Shown: positions 37,378-46,801 of the stretch, in pieces
Numbering within the stretch: the first letter of the stretch is position 1
Layout: each line of letters starts with the position of its first letter
Source: Alphaproteobacteria bacterium
GTDB lineage: Bacteria > Pseudomonadota > Alphaproteobacteria > RF32 > CAG-239
DNA length: 64,000 nucleotides
Direction: 5' to 3'
Assembly (NCBI GenBank): GCA_017479985.1
Contig: JAFVBL010000012.1
Coordinates: 791-64,790 of the forward strand
Notes under the pieces: generated by a model
Databases searched by the model: none
Seen by the model: only the letters and a program-made list of their open reading frames with translations
Told to the model about the DNA's origin: nothing
Translations under genes and position numbers: made by a program

Positions 37378-39810
37378 ATGACAAAAAGAATGTTAATTGA
37401 CGATACGCAGCCGGAAGAAACACGTGTTGTTATTGTCGACGGAAACAAAGTTGAAGATGTGGAATTCGAATCATCTTCGCGCAAACAAATCAAAGGCAAC
37501 ATCTATACGGCAAAAGTTATTCGTATCGAGCCGTCTTTACAAGCCGCATTTATTGACTACGGCGGCAATCGCCACGGTTTTTTGGCGTTTAACGAAATTC
37601 ATCCGGATTATTACAACGTCTCCGATGAAGTAATGAAAGAAGTTGATGCCGAAGTTGATGAAATCATAAACGGCAAGATTCGCTATATTAAAGAACGTGA
37701 AGCGGAAAAAGCCCGCTATAAAGCCGAAAAAGAAGCCAAAGAAGCACAACGCAGATTAGAGGCAGAACAGGCGCACGAAATAGAAGAAGCGCAAATGGAA
37801 CCGATACAGAACACGATGCCGGAAAATGACACGTATATGCAAAATTCATCAGCGGCAGAAATGATTGAAACACCGGAACCGTTTACAGCCGATAACACAT
37901 CGGAACCGGCCGTATTGCCGGCCGTTGCGGAAACAAACATCTCGGAAGTTGCATCAACACCGATTGAACCGGTGCAAACTGTCAATGACACAACTGCGGA
38001 ATATCCGTTACAAAATACCGAAATTATTGAAACGGCTGTTGTAAATACGGATTCGGCAACAACGGAAAACGCAGAAAATACCGAAACGGCAGAAACTTCG
38101 GAAACGACAGAAGCCAAACAATCTCACCGACGTCGTCGGTCAACCCGCCGCCCCCGCGATCGTAAGAAAGCCCCGCAAACACTTGCCGAGGCAGCCGGTT
38201 TGGGCAGTGAAGTCATTGAAGATGAAATTGATGACGACTTAGATTCCGATGACGATATTGATGATGCAGATATTAACGAATACAATTTTGATTTACAGCG
38301 TAAGCTTTTGAAAGCGCGTAAATTATTTCATCGCAGCACGATTCAGGACGTGATTAAAGAAGGTCAGACGCTGTTGGTGCAAATTGTCAAGGAAGAACGC
38401 GGAAATAAAGGTGCTGCCTGCACAACATACATTTCGCTGGCCGGAAGATATTGCGTATTGATGCCGAACCGCATAAAAAGCGGCGGTGTTTCGCGCAAAA
38501 TAACCAATGTATCCGACCGTAAACGCCTAAAATCCGTTATGAAAAGCCTGTCGCTGAACGCCGATATGTCATTGATTATCCGCACTGCCGGCGAAGATAA
38601 AACAGAAGCGGATATTATACGCGATTACAACTATTTAATCCGCACGTGGAACGCGATTCGCTACGGTGCATTGCGCACACCGGCACCGGCAATGGTATAT
38701 GAAGAAGGCAATCTGATTAAACGCGCCTTACGCGATATGTATACAAAAGATATTTCGGAAGTCATTATCGACGGTGATGAAGCCTATCAAACCGCGCGAA
38801 ATTTTGTAAAAATATTGTCACCGCACAATTTAAAACATATCCGTAACCGCAAACCGGGAGAAGTTCCGGTATTTCAGCGTTTTCAGGTTGAAGCGCAACT
38901 GGATAAACTTCATAACCCGATTGTTCAGTTGGAATCCGGCGGCTATCTGGTGATTAACCCGACCGAAGCGCTTGTTTCGATTGATGTCAACTCCGGTCGT
39001 GCCACAAAAGAAAAAGATATTGAAGAAACCGCCCTCAAAACCAATCTGGAAGCGGCCGATGAAATTGCCAAACAGCTTAAAATGCGTGATTTGGCCGGTC
39101 TGATTGTGGTTGACTTTATCGATATGTACGAGCAACAAAACAACGTTGCGGTCGAACGCCGAATGAAAGAAGCAATGAAAGAAGACCGCGCACGTGTTCA
39201 AATTGCCAAAATGAGCATCTTCGGCCTGCTGGAAATTTCACGGCAAAGAATGCACTCCTCTTTTATGGAAAGCAATTATGAACCTTGCCCATATTGCCAC
39301 GGACGCGGTGTCACACGTACGGTGGAATCCGGTTCAACACTGATTTTGCGCTCAATTGAAAGCGAAGGCGTCCGCAACAGCGGTGTCAAACTGACGGTTA
39401 CGGTACCGGTGGATTTTGCAACGTATCTGCTCAATCACAAACGCAAACAGCTTTCCGCATTGGAAGAAACATACGACTTGCAAATTATTGTTGCCGGAGA
39501 TATATCTATGAAAGATGTTTCCGACTTTAAGATTGCACGCGAGAAGTTGCAATCTGCCGGTACAGCACCAAAAGAAGTCGCCGCAACTTGTTATGAAACG
39601 GAAAATGCGGATTGTGATGAAGATGAGGATATTGAAGTGCCGGAAGAACCGACCGATTCCGAAAATGGTGACAGACGTTTTCGTTTCCGCCGCAACAACC
39701 GCGGACGTAAACAACGTCGCGGCAATCGTATGGATGCGGCGCCGAAACCGGAACCGATATCCGAACCGAAAGCGGAGAAAAAATCTTGGTGGCAAAAATT
39801 GCTCGGCTGA
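37378..39810 (+). CDS. rne: Ribonuclease E
   Basis: Starts MTKRMLIDDTQPEETRVV (the track's ATG at 37366 is also possible). S1 and catalytic core motifs are present (VKEERGNKGAA, DVNSGR, DFIDM, CPYCHGRG). A large low-complexity insert interrupts the S1 region. Confidence 0.93.
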   Translation: MTKRMLIDDTQPEETRVVIVDGNKVEDVEFESSSRKQIKGNIYTAKVIRIEPSLQAAFIDYGGNRHGFLAFNEIHPDYYNVSDEVMKEVDAEVDEIINGKIRYIKEREAEKARYKAEKEAKEAQRRLEAEQAHEIEEAQMEPIQNTMPENDTYMQNSSAAEMIETPEPFTADNTSEPAVLPAVAETNISEVASTPIEPVQTVNDTTAEYPLQNTEIIETAVVNTDSATTENAENTETAETSETTEAKQSHRRRRSTRRPRDRKKAPQTLAEAAGLGSEVIEDEIDDDLDSDDDIDDADINEYNFDLQRKLLKARKLFHRSTIQDVIKEGQTLLVQIVKEERGNKGAACTTYISLAGRYCVLMPNRIKSGGVSRKITNVSDRKRLKSVMKSLSLNADMSLIIRTAGEDKTEADIIRDYNYLIRTWNAIRYGALRTPAPAMVYEEGNLIKRALRDMYTKDISEVIIDGDEAYQTARNFVKILSPHNLKHIRNRKPGEVPVFQRFQVEAQLDKLHNPIVQLESGGYLVINPTEALVSIDVNSGRATKEKDIEETALKTNLEAADEIAKQLKMRDLAGLIVVDFIDMYEQQNNVAVERRMKEAMKEDRARVQIAKMSIFGLLEISRQRMHSSFMESNYEPCPYCHGRGVTRTVESGSTLILRSIESEGVRNSGVKLTVTVPVDFATYLLNHKRKQLSALEETYDLQIIVAGDISMKDVSDFKIAREKLQSAGTAPKEVAATCYETENADCDEDEDIEVPEEPTDSENGDRRFRFRRNNRGRKQRRGNRMDAAPKPEPISEPKAEKKSWWQKLLG

Positions 39811-41138
39811 GCATATATGTGTTTTTAAGCCTGTTTATAACCGGTCTGTTTTGCGGACCGGTACGGGCCGATGACAGTATCACGCTTATATCCGATGCCG
39901 AAACCCAAAAATATTTGGCAGATATCGTTCAACCGCTGTACCAAGCTGCGGGATTGGCTTTTAATCCCAACAAAATATACATTGTCCGCGATAATTCGCT
40001 TAATGCCTTTGTCAGTGACGGTAATTATATGTTTGTACACACCGGAACATTGATTGAAGCTGAAAATACCAACGAACTTTCGGGAATTTTGGCGCACGAA
40101 ACAGGTCATATTTTAGGCGGACACATTGTACGTCAAAAAATCAAAATGCAAAAAATGCAATATATGATGCTCGGCTCGATGATTGCTGCCGGTGCGGCTG
40201 CCGTATCTACCGGACGCGGTGATGCTGCAATGGCTGTTGTTTTGGGTTCACAAAGCGCCGCACTCAACACTATGCTGCATTATCAGGTACAAGAAGAACG
40301 CAGTGCCGATGAAAGTGCCGTCAAACTTTTGAATAAAACCGGACAATCAACCAAAGGGTTGCTGAACTTTATGAATAAAATCAAGCAGAAAAATATTCTG
40401 AGCGGCTTGGAAGAAAATGCATATTTCCGCACGCACCCGATGACAAACGAACGTATCAGCCATTTTAAAGAGGCGGAAAAAACAAACCACCATCCGACCG
40501 CACATAAACTTGACAGCAAATTTGCAATGGTCAAAGCTAAAATTGCCGCTTTTCTGTTGGACAAAGATAAGGTCAACCGAATGTATCCGGCAACCGACAA
40601 CTCCGCACCGGCACGCTATGCACGTGCTGTTTCGGCTTTTCGGCAAGGCAATATTCCGCAAGCTCTGAATTTAATCGACGGATTGCTTAAAGAAAACCCG
40701 TCAAATCCTTATTTTTACGAGTTAAAAGGCCAATTTTTATTTGAAAGCGGACAAGTACAACAAAGTATCAAAGCATACGAAAAAGCTTTGCAACTGTTGC
40801 CGAACAATTATCTTTTGCAAGTCAGTTTGGCGCACGCTTTGATTGAAAGCACTCCGAATAAGCAAAACATTCAACGTGCAATCTCTTTATTGCAAAAGTC
40901 CTTATACACCGTCAACACGCCGTTTGCGTGGCAACTTCTGGCACGTGCTTATGATATGAACAATCAACGGGCCGCATCATATTATGCGGCAGCCGAATAC
41001 AGCTACGCCGATGATAATCTTGAAACGGCGAAACGACAACTTCTGAACGCACGTAAAGCCGGCGCGGATAAATCTCTGAGTTTAAAAATATCCGATTTGG
41101 AACAGCGCATAAAAGAAGATGAAAAAGAAAGAGAATAG
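39786..41138 (+). CDS. Periplasmic M48 metalloprotease with TPR domain (BepA/YfgC-like)
   Basis: 450 aa. TTG start overlaps the rne 3' end. Signal peptide ...FCGPVRA, HETGH zinc motif, C-terminal TPR repeats. Confidence 0.8.
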   Translation: MVAKIARLSIYVFLSLFITGLFCGPVRADDSITLISDAETQKYLADIVQPLYQAAGLAFNPNKIYIVRDNSLNAFVSDGNYMFVHTGTLIEAENTNELSGILAHETGHILGGHIVRQKIKMQKMQYMMLGSMIAAGAAAVSTGRGDAAMAVVLGSQSAALNTMLHYQVQEERSADESAVKLLNKTGQSTKGLLNFMNKIKQKNILSGLEENAYFRTHPMTNERISHFKEAEKTNHHPTAHKLDSKFAMVKAKIAAFLLDKDKVNRMYPATDNSAPARYARAVSAFRQGNIPQALNLIDGLLKENPSNPYFYELKGQFLFESGQVQQSIKAYEKALQLLPNNYLLQVSLAHALIESTPNKQNIQRAISLLQKSLYTVNTPFAWQLLARAYDMNNQRAASYYAAAEYSYADDNLETAKRQLLNARKAGADKSLSLKISDLEQRIKEDEKERE

Positions 41139-41182
41139 CACAACGGCTACCGAACAAAATCCGACAGCCGTTACTCTGAATT

Positions 41183-41491
41183 TTAAGCATCCTCTTCTTC
41201 AGCCAATATCACATCCGTACACGAGATATGTCCGGTCTGTGTTTCTACCTCGAAATGACGCGGCCACATCTCTTCACGATAACGCAAACTGATTTGATCG
41301 CGGACAAAAAACGGTTTATCCGAACGCACGCCTTCAAACAACACTCTTTTGCAAAGCAGCTTGAGCTTTAATTTCTGCGGACCGTCAACGTCCTGAACAT
41401 CAAGAAGCACATCAAAAGCTCCATCCACAAAGCGTGACGAATTCATTGCCGCAACTTCTCCTTTAATTTTCAAATACATAATTATAAACAA
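41183..41491 (-). CDS. Hypothetical small protein (102 aa)
   Basis: The ORF starts at TTG, 5 nt after AAGGAG. It lies downstream of ileS on the same strand. I recognise no family. Confidence 0.4.
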   Translation of the reverse strand: MFIIMYLKIKGEVAAMNSSRFVDGAFDVLLDVQDVDGPQKLKLKLLCKRVLFEGVRSDKPFFVRDQISLRYREEMWPRHFEVETQTGHISCTDVILAEEEDA

Positions 41492-41624
41492 ACCGTCTCC
41501 TTGAACGGGGTTCTAAATATAAATAATAGTCAACATTGTATTAAATCTGTTTCGGATTATATACGCCGGAAACTTTTTAAATCAAGCATTTTGTGTATAA
41601 AACGCTCAAAAAGACATCTGATTA

Positions 41625-41649
41625 TAAAAAAAGGAGGCCGAAACCCCCT
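41625..41649 (-). terminator. Rho-independent terminator after ileS
   Basis: Minus strand AGGGGG-tttcgg-CCTCCT followed by T7. Confidence 0.7.
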
Positions 41650-41677
41650 TTAGTTTATCACAATCCATACCGACGGT

Positions 41678-44600
41678 TTATGCAACTTTGGCATCGTATG
41701 CGAGTGTAATACCTTCAATCTCACCTTCGGTACCGCCGGAACAATTCGGCATAACCTTCACTGCCAACACTTGCTCGGCAATATAGGACTGATTTTCTTG
41801 TAAAGCCTGTGCCAATTCGGCATCTTTGGTCGCATAGCACAATTCGATACGGTCGGAAATATTAAAGTCTTTATCCTTACGCAGCGTTTGCACCAAACGT
41901 ACAAAATCCCGTGCCATACCCTCACGCTTGAGTGTATCGGTAATATTGGTATCAAGCGTCAGCACGGCTTTATTATCGGCAAAAGACTGTCCGGCAACAC
42001 CATCTTTCATCTCCAAACGTACTTCAAACAAATCGTTTGTCAACACCTTGCCGCCGATAGACAACGTACCGTCATCATTCAAAATCCACTGTCCTTGCTT
42101 ATAAGCTGCCATAACCGCCCCCATATCTTTACCGAGCGTTTTACCTAAAAGCGGTGTATAAAGATACACACTCTTGGTGGCATAATTGCTCAAATTATCA
42201 TCAAAACGCACTTCTTTAACATTCAGCTCATCTTTAACGATTTCCTGATATGCCGGAGAAAGCGTTGCACCGATAACCGTTAAACTGGCAAGCGGCAAGC
42301 GATTGCGCAGATTCTTTTCTTCACGGATAAATTTACCGGTCGAACATAAATCTTGAACAAAATCCATTTCCGTCATCAGACTTTCATCGGCTTTGATTTC
42401 ATTCAAACTCGGATAGTCACACAGATGCACCGATTCGCCGCCGGTCAGATTTTTGTAAACATATTCGCATATAAACGGCATAATCGGCGCTGTTAATTTT
42501 GCCACATTAACCAATACCGTATAAAGCGTATCAAACGCCTGTGCATCACCGCGCCAAAAACGTTCTCGCGTACGGCGAATATACCAGTTGTTCAACACTT
42601 CCATAAATGCGGCGGTTTCACTGCAGACTTCGGCAATATCATAGGTTTCAAAACCGTGTTTAAGCTTTGCTGACATTGCTTTAAGTTTGGATAAAATATA
42701 GTTATCCATAGCTTCGGAAGAAGATGTAATTTCTTTAGCCTGATAATCTTCGGCATTGGCATAAAGCGTAAAGAAATAAAACGCGTTCCACAGCGGAATC
42801 ATTGCCGAACGCGAGGCTTTGGCTATTTCCTTACCTTCTTTATCAACCGCGACATTTCCGCCTTTCAGAACCGGTGAAGAAACCAAGAACCAACGCAACG
42901 CTTCCGAACCTATTGTATCCAGAATTTCATTCGGGTCCGGATAATTCTTTAAGCGTTTGGAGAGTTTTTGCCCGCCTTCTGCCATCAACAAACCGGTGCA
43001 GATACAATTTTTGAATGCCGGCTTGTTATGCAAAGCGGTTGACAGCACAGTCAGCGTATAGAACCAGCCGCGTGTTTGGTCGATTGCTTCCACGATAAAG
43101 TCAGCCGGAAAATGATTTTCAAACCACTCTTTGTTATCAAACGGATAATGTACCTGTGCATACGGCATTGAGCCGGATTCAAACCAACAGTCAAACACAT
43201 CGCTGACACGGCGCATCATTGTTTCTCCGGACGGATCATCAGGATTCGGATATACCACATCGTCAATATACGGTTTGTGTAAATTATCGACCGTTACACC
43301 GGTTGCTGCTTTGATTTCCTCCAAAGAACCGAACACATCAACCCGCGGAAACTTAGGATTATCCGACTTCCATACCGGAATCGGCGTTCCCCAGAAACGA
43401 TTGCGTGAAATAGACCAATCGCGCGCACCTTCAAGCCACTTTCCGAAACGACCGTCTTTAATATGCCCCGGAATCCAATTGATTTGCTGATTGTTTGCCA
43501 CCATTTTATCTCGGAAATCGGTTACTTTTACAAACCACGAACTCATCGCTTTATAAATCAGCGGCGTATCGGTGCGCCAACAATACGGATATGTATGCGT
43601 ATATTGTTCTTTTTTCACAAGCAGACCGTTTGTTTTAAGCCGCTGCATAATCGGCTCATTGGTATCAAACACCTGCTGACCGGCATAATCGGCAACTTCT
43701 GAGGTGAATTTTCCGGCCTCATCTACCGGACATACCACCGGAAAATTCTCATCGTATGCACGACAAGCCTCAAAGTCGTCTTGACCGAACCCCGGCGCAA
43801 TATGAACCACACCGGTACCGTCTTCGGTAGAAACAAACTCACCGGAAAGAACTTTAAACGCGCCTTTTTCTTTTAAGTTTGCAAAATACGGAAACATCGG
43901 TTCATAGCTGAGTCCCAATAAATCGGAACCTTTTATCGTGCCGACTTGCGTAGCGTGTTCAAGTTGTTTTTTATAGCTACCCAAACGCGTGGCTGCAATG
44001 ATATACTGCTGTCCGTCTTCTTCCATTACGGCATAGTCTATATCTTTACCCACCGCCAACATCAAGTTAGAAGGCAAAGTCCACGGCGTAGTGGTCCACA
44101 CCAAAATCTTGCGCCCGTCTTCGAGCTTAAACATCACCGTAATCGCATTATCGGTTTTGTCGCGATAACCCAAGTTGACCTCAAAGTTTGAAAGCGGCGT
44201 TTCGGCTGCCCACGAATACGGCAAAACGCGATAATCTTCATAAACCAACCCCTTATCATAAAGCGCCTTAAAATTATGAATAACCGATTCCATAAACGAA
44301 AGATTCATTGTTTTATAATCGTGATTAAAGTCAACCCAACGACCGATGCGTTTAAACATCTCAACCCAAATGCCGGAATATTTCAACACATCTTTGCGGC
44401 AAAAGTCATTAAACTTTTCCACGCCGTATGCTTCGATTTGTTTGCGTCCGGAAACACCGAGTTGTTTTTCGGCAGACATTTCCGCCGGCAAACCGTGGCA
44501 ATCCCATCCCAAGCGGCGTTCAACCTTTTTACCGTTCATTGTCTGAAAACGCGCCGCCACATCTTTGACATAGCTGACCATAATGTGCCCGTAGTGCGGC

Positions 44601-44767
44601 GTGCCGTTGGCAAACGGCGGTCCGTCATAAAACACAAACTCAGCCGCACCGTCACGATTATGCACCGATTTTTCAAACGTATTATCTTCGTCCCAAAATT
44701 TTAAGACTTCTTTTTCCAATTCGACAAAGTCAGGCTTTGCCTTTACTTCAGCATAGTATTTCGTCAT
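41678..44767 (-). CDS. ileS: Isoleucyl-tRNA synthetase, type 2 (eukaryote-like)
   Basis: 1029 aa. FYDGPPFANGTPHYGH (HIGH region of the type-2 form) and KLSKRLKN (KMSKS). Confidence 0.92.
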   Translation of the reverse strand: MTKYYAEVKAKPDFVELEKEVLKFWDEDNTFEKSVHNRDGAAEFVFYDGPPFANGTPHYGHIMVSYVKDVAARFQTMNGKKVERRLGWDCHGLPAEMSAEKQLGVSGRKQIEAYGVEKFNDFCRKDVLKYSGIWVEMFKRIGRWVDFNHDYKTMNLSFMESVIHNFKALYDKGLVYEDYRVLPYSWAAETPLSNFEVNLGYRDKTDNAITVMFKLEDGRKILVWTTTPWTLPSNLMLAVGKDIDYAVMEEDGQQYIIAATRLGSYKKQLEHATQVGTIKGSDLLGLSYEPMFPYFANLKEKGAFKVLSGEFVSTEDGTGVVHIAPGFGQDDFEACRAYDENFPVVCPVDEAGKFTSEVADYAGQQVFDTNEPIMQRLKTNGLLVKKEQYTHTYPYCWRTDTPLIYKAMSSWFVKVTDFRDKMVANNQQINWIPGHIKDGRFGKWLEGARDWSISRNRFWGTPIPVWKSDNPKFPRVDVFGSLEEIKAATGVTVDNLHKPYIDDVVYPNPDDPSGETMMRRVSDVFDCWFESGSMPYAQVHYPFDNKEWFENHFPADFIVEAIDQTRGWFYTLTVLSTALHNKPAFKNCICTGLLMAEGGQKLSKRLKNYPDPNEILDTIGSEALRWFLVSSPVLKGGNVAVDKEGKEIAKASRSAMIPLWNAFYFFTLYANAEDYQAKEITSSSEAMDNYILSKLKAMSAKLKHGFETYDIAEVCSETAAFMEVLNNWYIRRTRERFWRGDAQAFDTLYTVLVNVAKLTAPIMPFICEYVYKNLTGGESVHLCDYPSLNEIKADESLMTEMDFVQDLCSTGKFIREEKNLRNRLPLASLTVIGATLSPAYQEIVKDELNVKEVRFDDNLSNYATKSVYLYTPLLGKTLGKDMGAVMAAYKQGQWILNDDGTLSIGGKVLTNDLFEVRLEMKDGVAGQSFADNKAVLTLDTNITDTLKREGMARDFVRLVQTLRKDKDFNISDRIELCYATKDAELAQALQENQSYIAEQVLAVKVMPNCSGGTEGEIEGITLAYDAKVA

Positions 44768-45042
44768 ATTTCGTACCCTATAAAACAGAGATTTTTAAAT
44801 TGATTTATCAGATTTTTTGAAAAGATTTTATGTAAAAGATGCCCCAATCCCCTAAGGGATAATCTTAAAAATATATGATATGCATAAACGGCTCATCTTT
44901 TCCTCTTTTTTGTTAAACTGCAAGCAATTTATACCAACTTTTTATAAAGGTCAAGAGCCTTTTAGAAATATATACGCGCCTCATACGCGTTCGAATTTTG
45001 AAAAATAACTTGATTTTAAAAACAAATCGGGCTATTTTGGGC

Positions 45043-45241
45043 AGCATAAAAGCGATAATCCTGCGACACAGGGGAGCTGAAGGAAGAACGAAATTCGGCG
45101 ATATAAGTATCTGAAACGCCTGATTTTTATTAGAACCTTTCGGGTTTGCCCGTTACAGCTATAACAAAGACCAAAGTAAGGTGGCACCGCGACCGAAAAT
45201 CGCCCTTACGGACTAAAATTTTAAGATTAAAGGTGTTATAA
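45043..45241 (+). promoter_or_regulatory. T-box leader (tRNA-sensing riboswitch), probable Asp specificity
   Basis: Conserved T-box core AAGTAAGGTGGCACCGCG (45174-45191). It folds as a canonical antiterminator GTAAGG / TGGCACC bulge / GCGA-ccgaaaa-TCGC / CCTTAC (45176-45209). Candidate specifiers are GAT-A (45100) or GAC-A (45065). Promoter-like TTGATT-17-TATTTT at 45010-45038. Confidence 0.8.
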
Positions 45242-46540
45242 ATGTTATCAAGAATTTATATTAAAGAAGTACCGGAACACGTCGGGGAACAGGTTCTGCT
45301 CAAAGGTTTTGTGCACACGCTGCGCATTCAGGGCAGTGTATCGTTTTTGATTTTACGTGATATTTCCGGAACAATTCAAAACGTCATCGTTAAATCCAAC
45401 GCCGATGCTTTTGCCTATGTCAAAACATTATCACTGGAATCAACGGTGGAAATTATCGGTCTGGCCAAGAAAGACCCGACACGCGAAGGACGTTACGAAG
45501 TTGAAGTCGAAACAATCAAGGCTTTGGCAATGAGCGAGCCGGAATTACCGATTGCTGTCAACGAAAAGAACGAAGTTGAAGCGGCAACCGATATTCGTCA
45601 CCAATATCGTTTTCTCGATTTGCGCAAACCGAAAAATATGCTGGCTATGAAGCTGGCAAGCGCGTTTGACCGTTATTATCGCGAATATTTGTTCAGTCAG
45701 AATTTTGTGGAAATTCACACCCCGAAAACAATGCCGACTCCGTCGGAGAGTTCGTCCGATTTGTTTGAAGTGAAGTATTTTGATCGTCCGGCATATTTGG
45801 CGCAGTCGCCGCAACTTTATAAGCAAATGGCAATTGCAAGCGGTTTGGAACGCGTGCTTGAAGTCGGACCGATTTTCCGTGCCGAAAAATCATTTACCAG
45901 CCGTCACGCCACAGAATGTACCTCTTACGATGTGGAAATGGCGTTTATTAAAGACCATAACGACATTATGGAACTTGAAGAAAATCTGATTGTCTACATT
46001 TTAACCAAAATCAAAGAAAATTATGGTGATGAAATCAAGGCAATTTACGGACTTGACGTAAATGTTCCGAGTTTGCCGTTCCCGCGCATTACAATGGCGG
46101 AAGCAAAGAAATTGCTCGGCTCAAAAGATTTGGAATCCGATTTAACCTCGGAAGAAGAAAAAGCTCTCGGCGACTATTTTGAAAAACAGGGACAGGAATT
46201 TGTTTTCTTAACAGATTTCCCTATTTCGGTTCGTCCGTTTTATCATAAATATTATGAGGATAAGCCGTGCACCAAATCGGCGGATTTGATTTATCGCGGA
46301 CTTGAGATTACAACTTTGGCGCAGCGCGAAGAACGTTACGATGTATTGGTCAGCCAACTTAAAGCCAAAGGATTGGGAACCAAAGATATTCAATGGTATC
46401 TCGATTTCTTCCGTTACGGTATGCCGCCGCACGGCGGTTGGGGTTTGGGCGGCGCCCGCTTTATTATGAAGTTGCTCGGAATTGAGCATATTCGTGACGC
46501 AATGTTTATCTATCGCGGTGTGAATAACCTCAATCCATAA
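45242..46540 (+). CDS. aspS: Aspartyl-tRNA synthetase, archaeal/eukaryal type (class IIb, short form)
   Basis: 432 aa. QSPQLYKQ motif, FRAEKSFTSRHATE (motif 2 region), GGWGLGGARF (motif 3). Its length matches the archaeal-type enzyme, not the roughly 590-aa bacterial type. Confidence 0.88.
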   Translation: MLSRIYIKEVPEHVGEQVLLKGFVHTLRIQGSVSFLILRDISGTIQNVIVKSNADAFAYVKTLSLESTVEIIGLAKKDPTREGRYEVEVETIKALAMSEPELPIAVNEKNEVEAATDIRHQYRFLDLRKPKNMLAMKLASAFDRYYREYLFSQNFVEIHTPKTMPTPSESSSDLFEVKYFDRPAYLAQSPQLYKQMAIASGLERVLEVGPIFRAEKSFTSRHATECTSYDVEMAFIKDHNDIMELEENLIVYILTKIKENYGDEIKAIYGLDVNVPSLPFPRITMAEAKKLLGSKDLESDLTSEEEKALGDYFEKQGQEFVFLTDFPISVRPFYHKYYEDKPCTKSADLIYRGLEITTLAQREERYDVLVSQLKAKGLGTKDIQWYLDFFRYGMPPHGGWGLGGARFIMKLLGIEHIRDAMFIYRGVNNLNP

Positions 46541-46568
46541 TCACAAACAAATATCTGATTCAGATATC

Positions 46569-46595
46569 GGCGGCTTTGCTTAAGCCGCCTTTTTT
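46569..46595 (+). terminator. Rho-independent terminator after aspS
   Basis: GGCGGC-tttgcttaa-GCCGCC followed by T6. Confidence 0.85.
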
Positions 46596-46640
46596 CTGCG
46601 CAAAAAAAAATACCGAAAAAAATCTCAGAATCTTTATATA

Positions 46641-46660
46641 ATGGAACGCTCTGGGCGATT
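46641..46660. repeat. Partial duplicate (18/20 nt) of the 3' end of tRNA-Arg, 160 bp from the gene
   Basis: ATGGAACGCTCTGGGCGATT (46641-46660) compared with ATGGCGCGCTCTGGGCGATT (46801-46820). The latter covers the CCA end, the acceptor 3' strand and part of the T arm. Confidence 0.85.
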
Positions 46661-46801
46661 GTCCTTCGCTTTGCTCACAACGGCTTCGGCTGCGGCGCAA
46701 TATTACGCGCCGCTATCTCTGCTCCGAACGGGAAGTTCTCCTCGCACCGGAGCATTTTATACACAAAAAACCGCCAAAAAGGCGGTTGAATGACTTCTAA
46801 A

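Noticed and set aside
37716-38117. 133-aa minus-strand ORF inside rne.
   Set aside because: It sits opposite the low-complexity insert of RNase E, and its own sequence is low-complexity (S/V/A/T-rich). It is a shadow of the repeat-like coding region.
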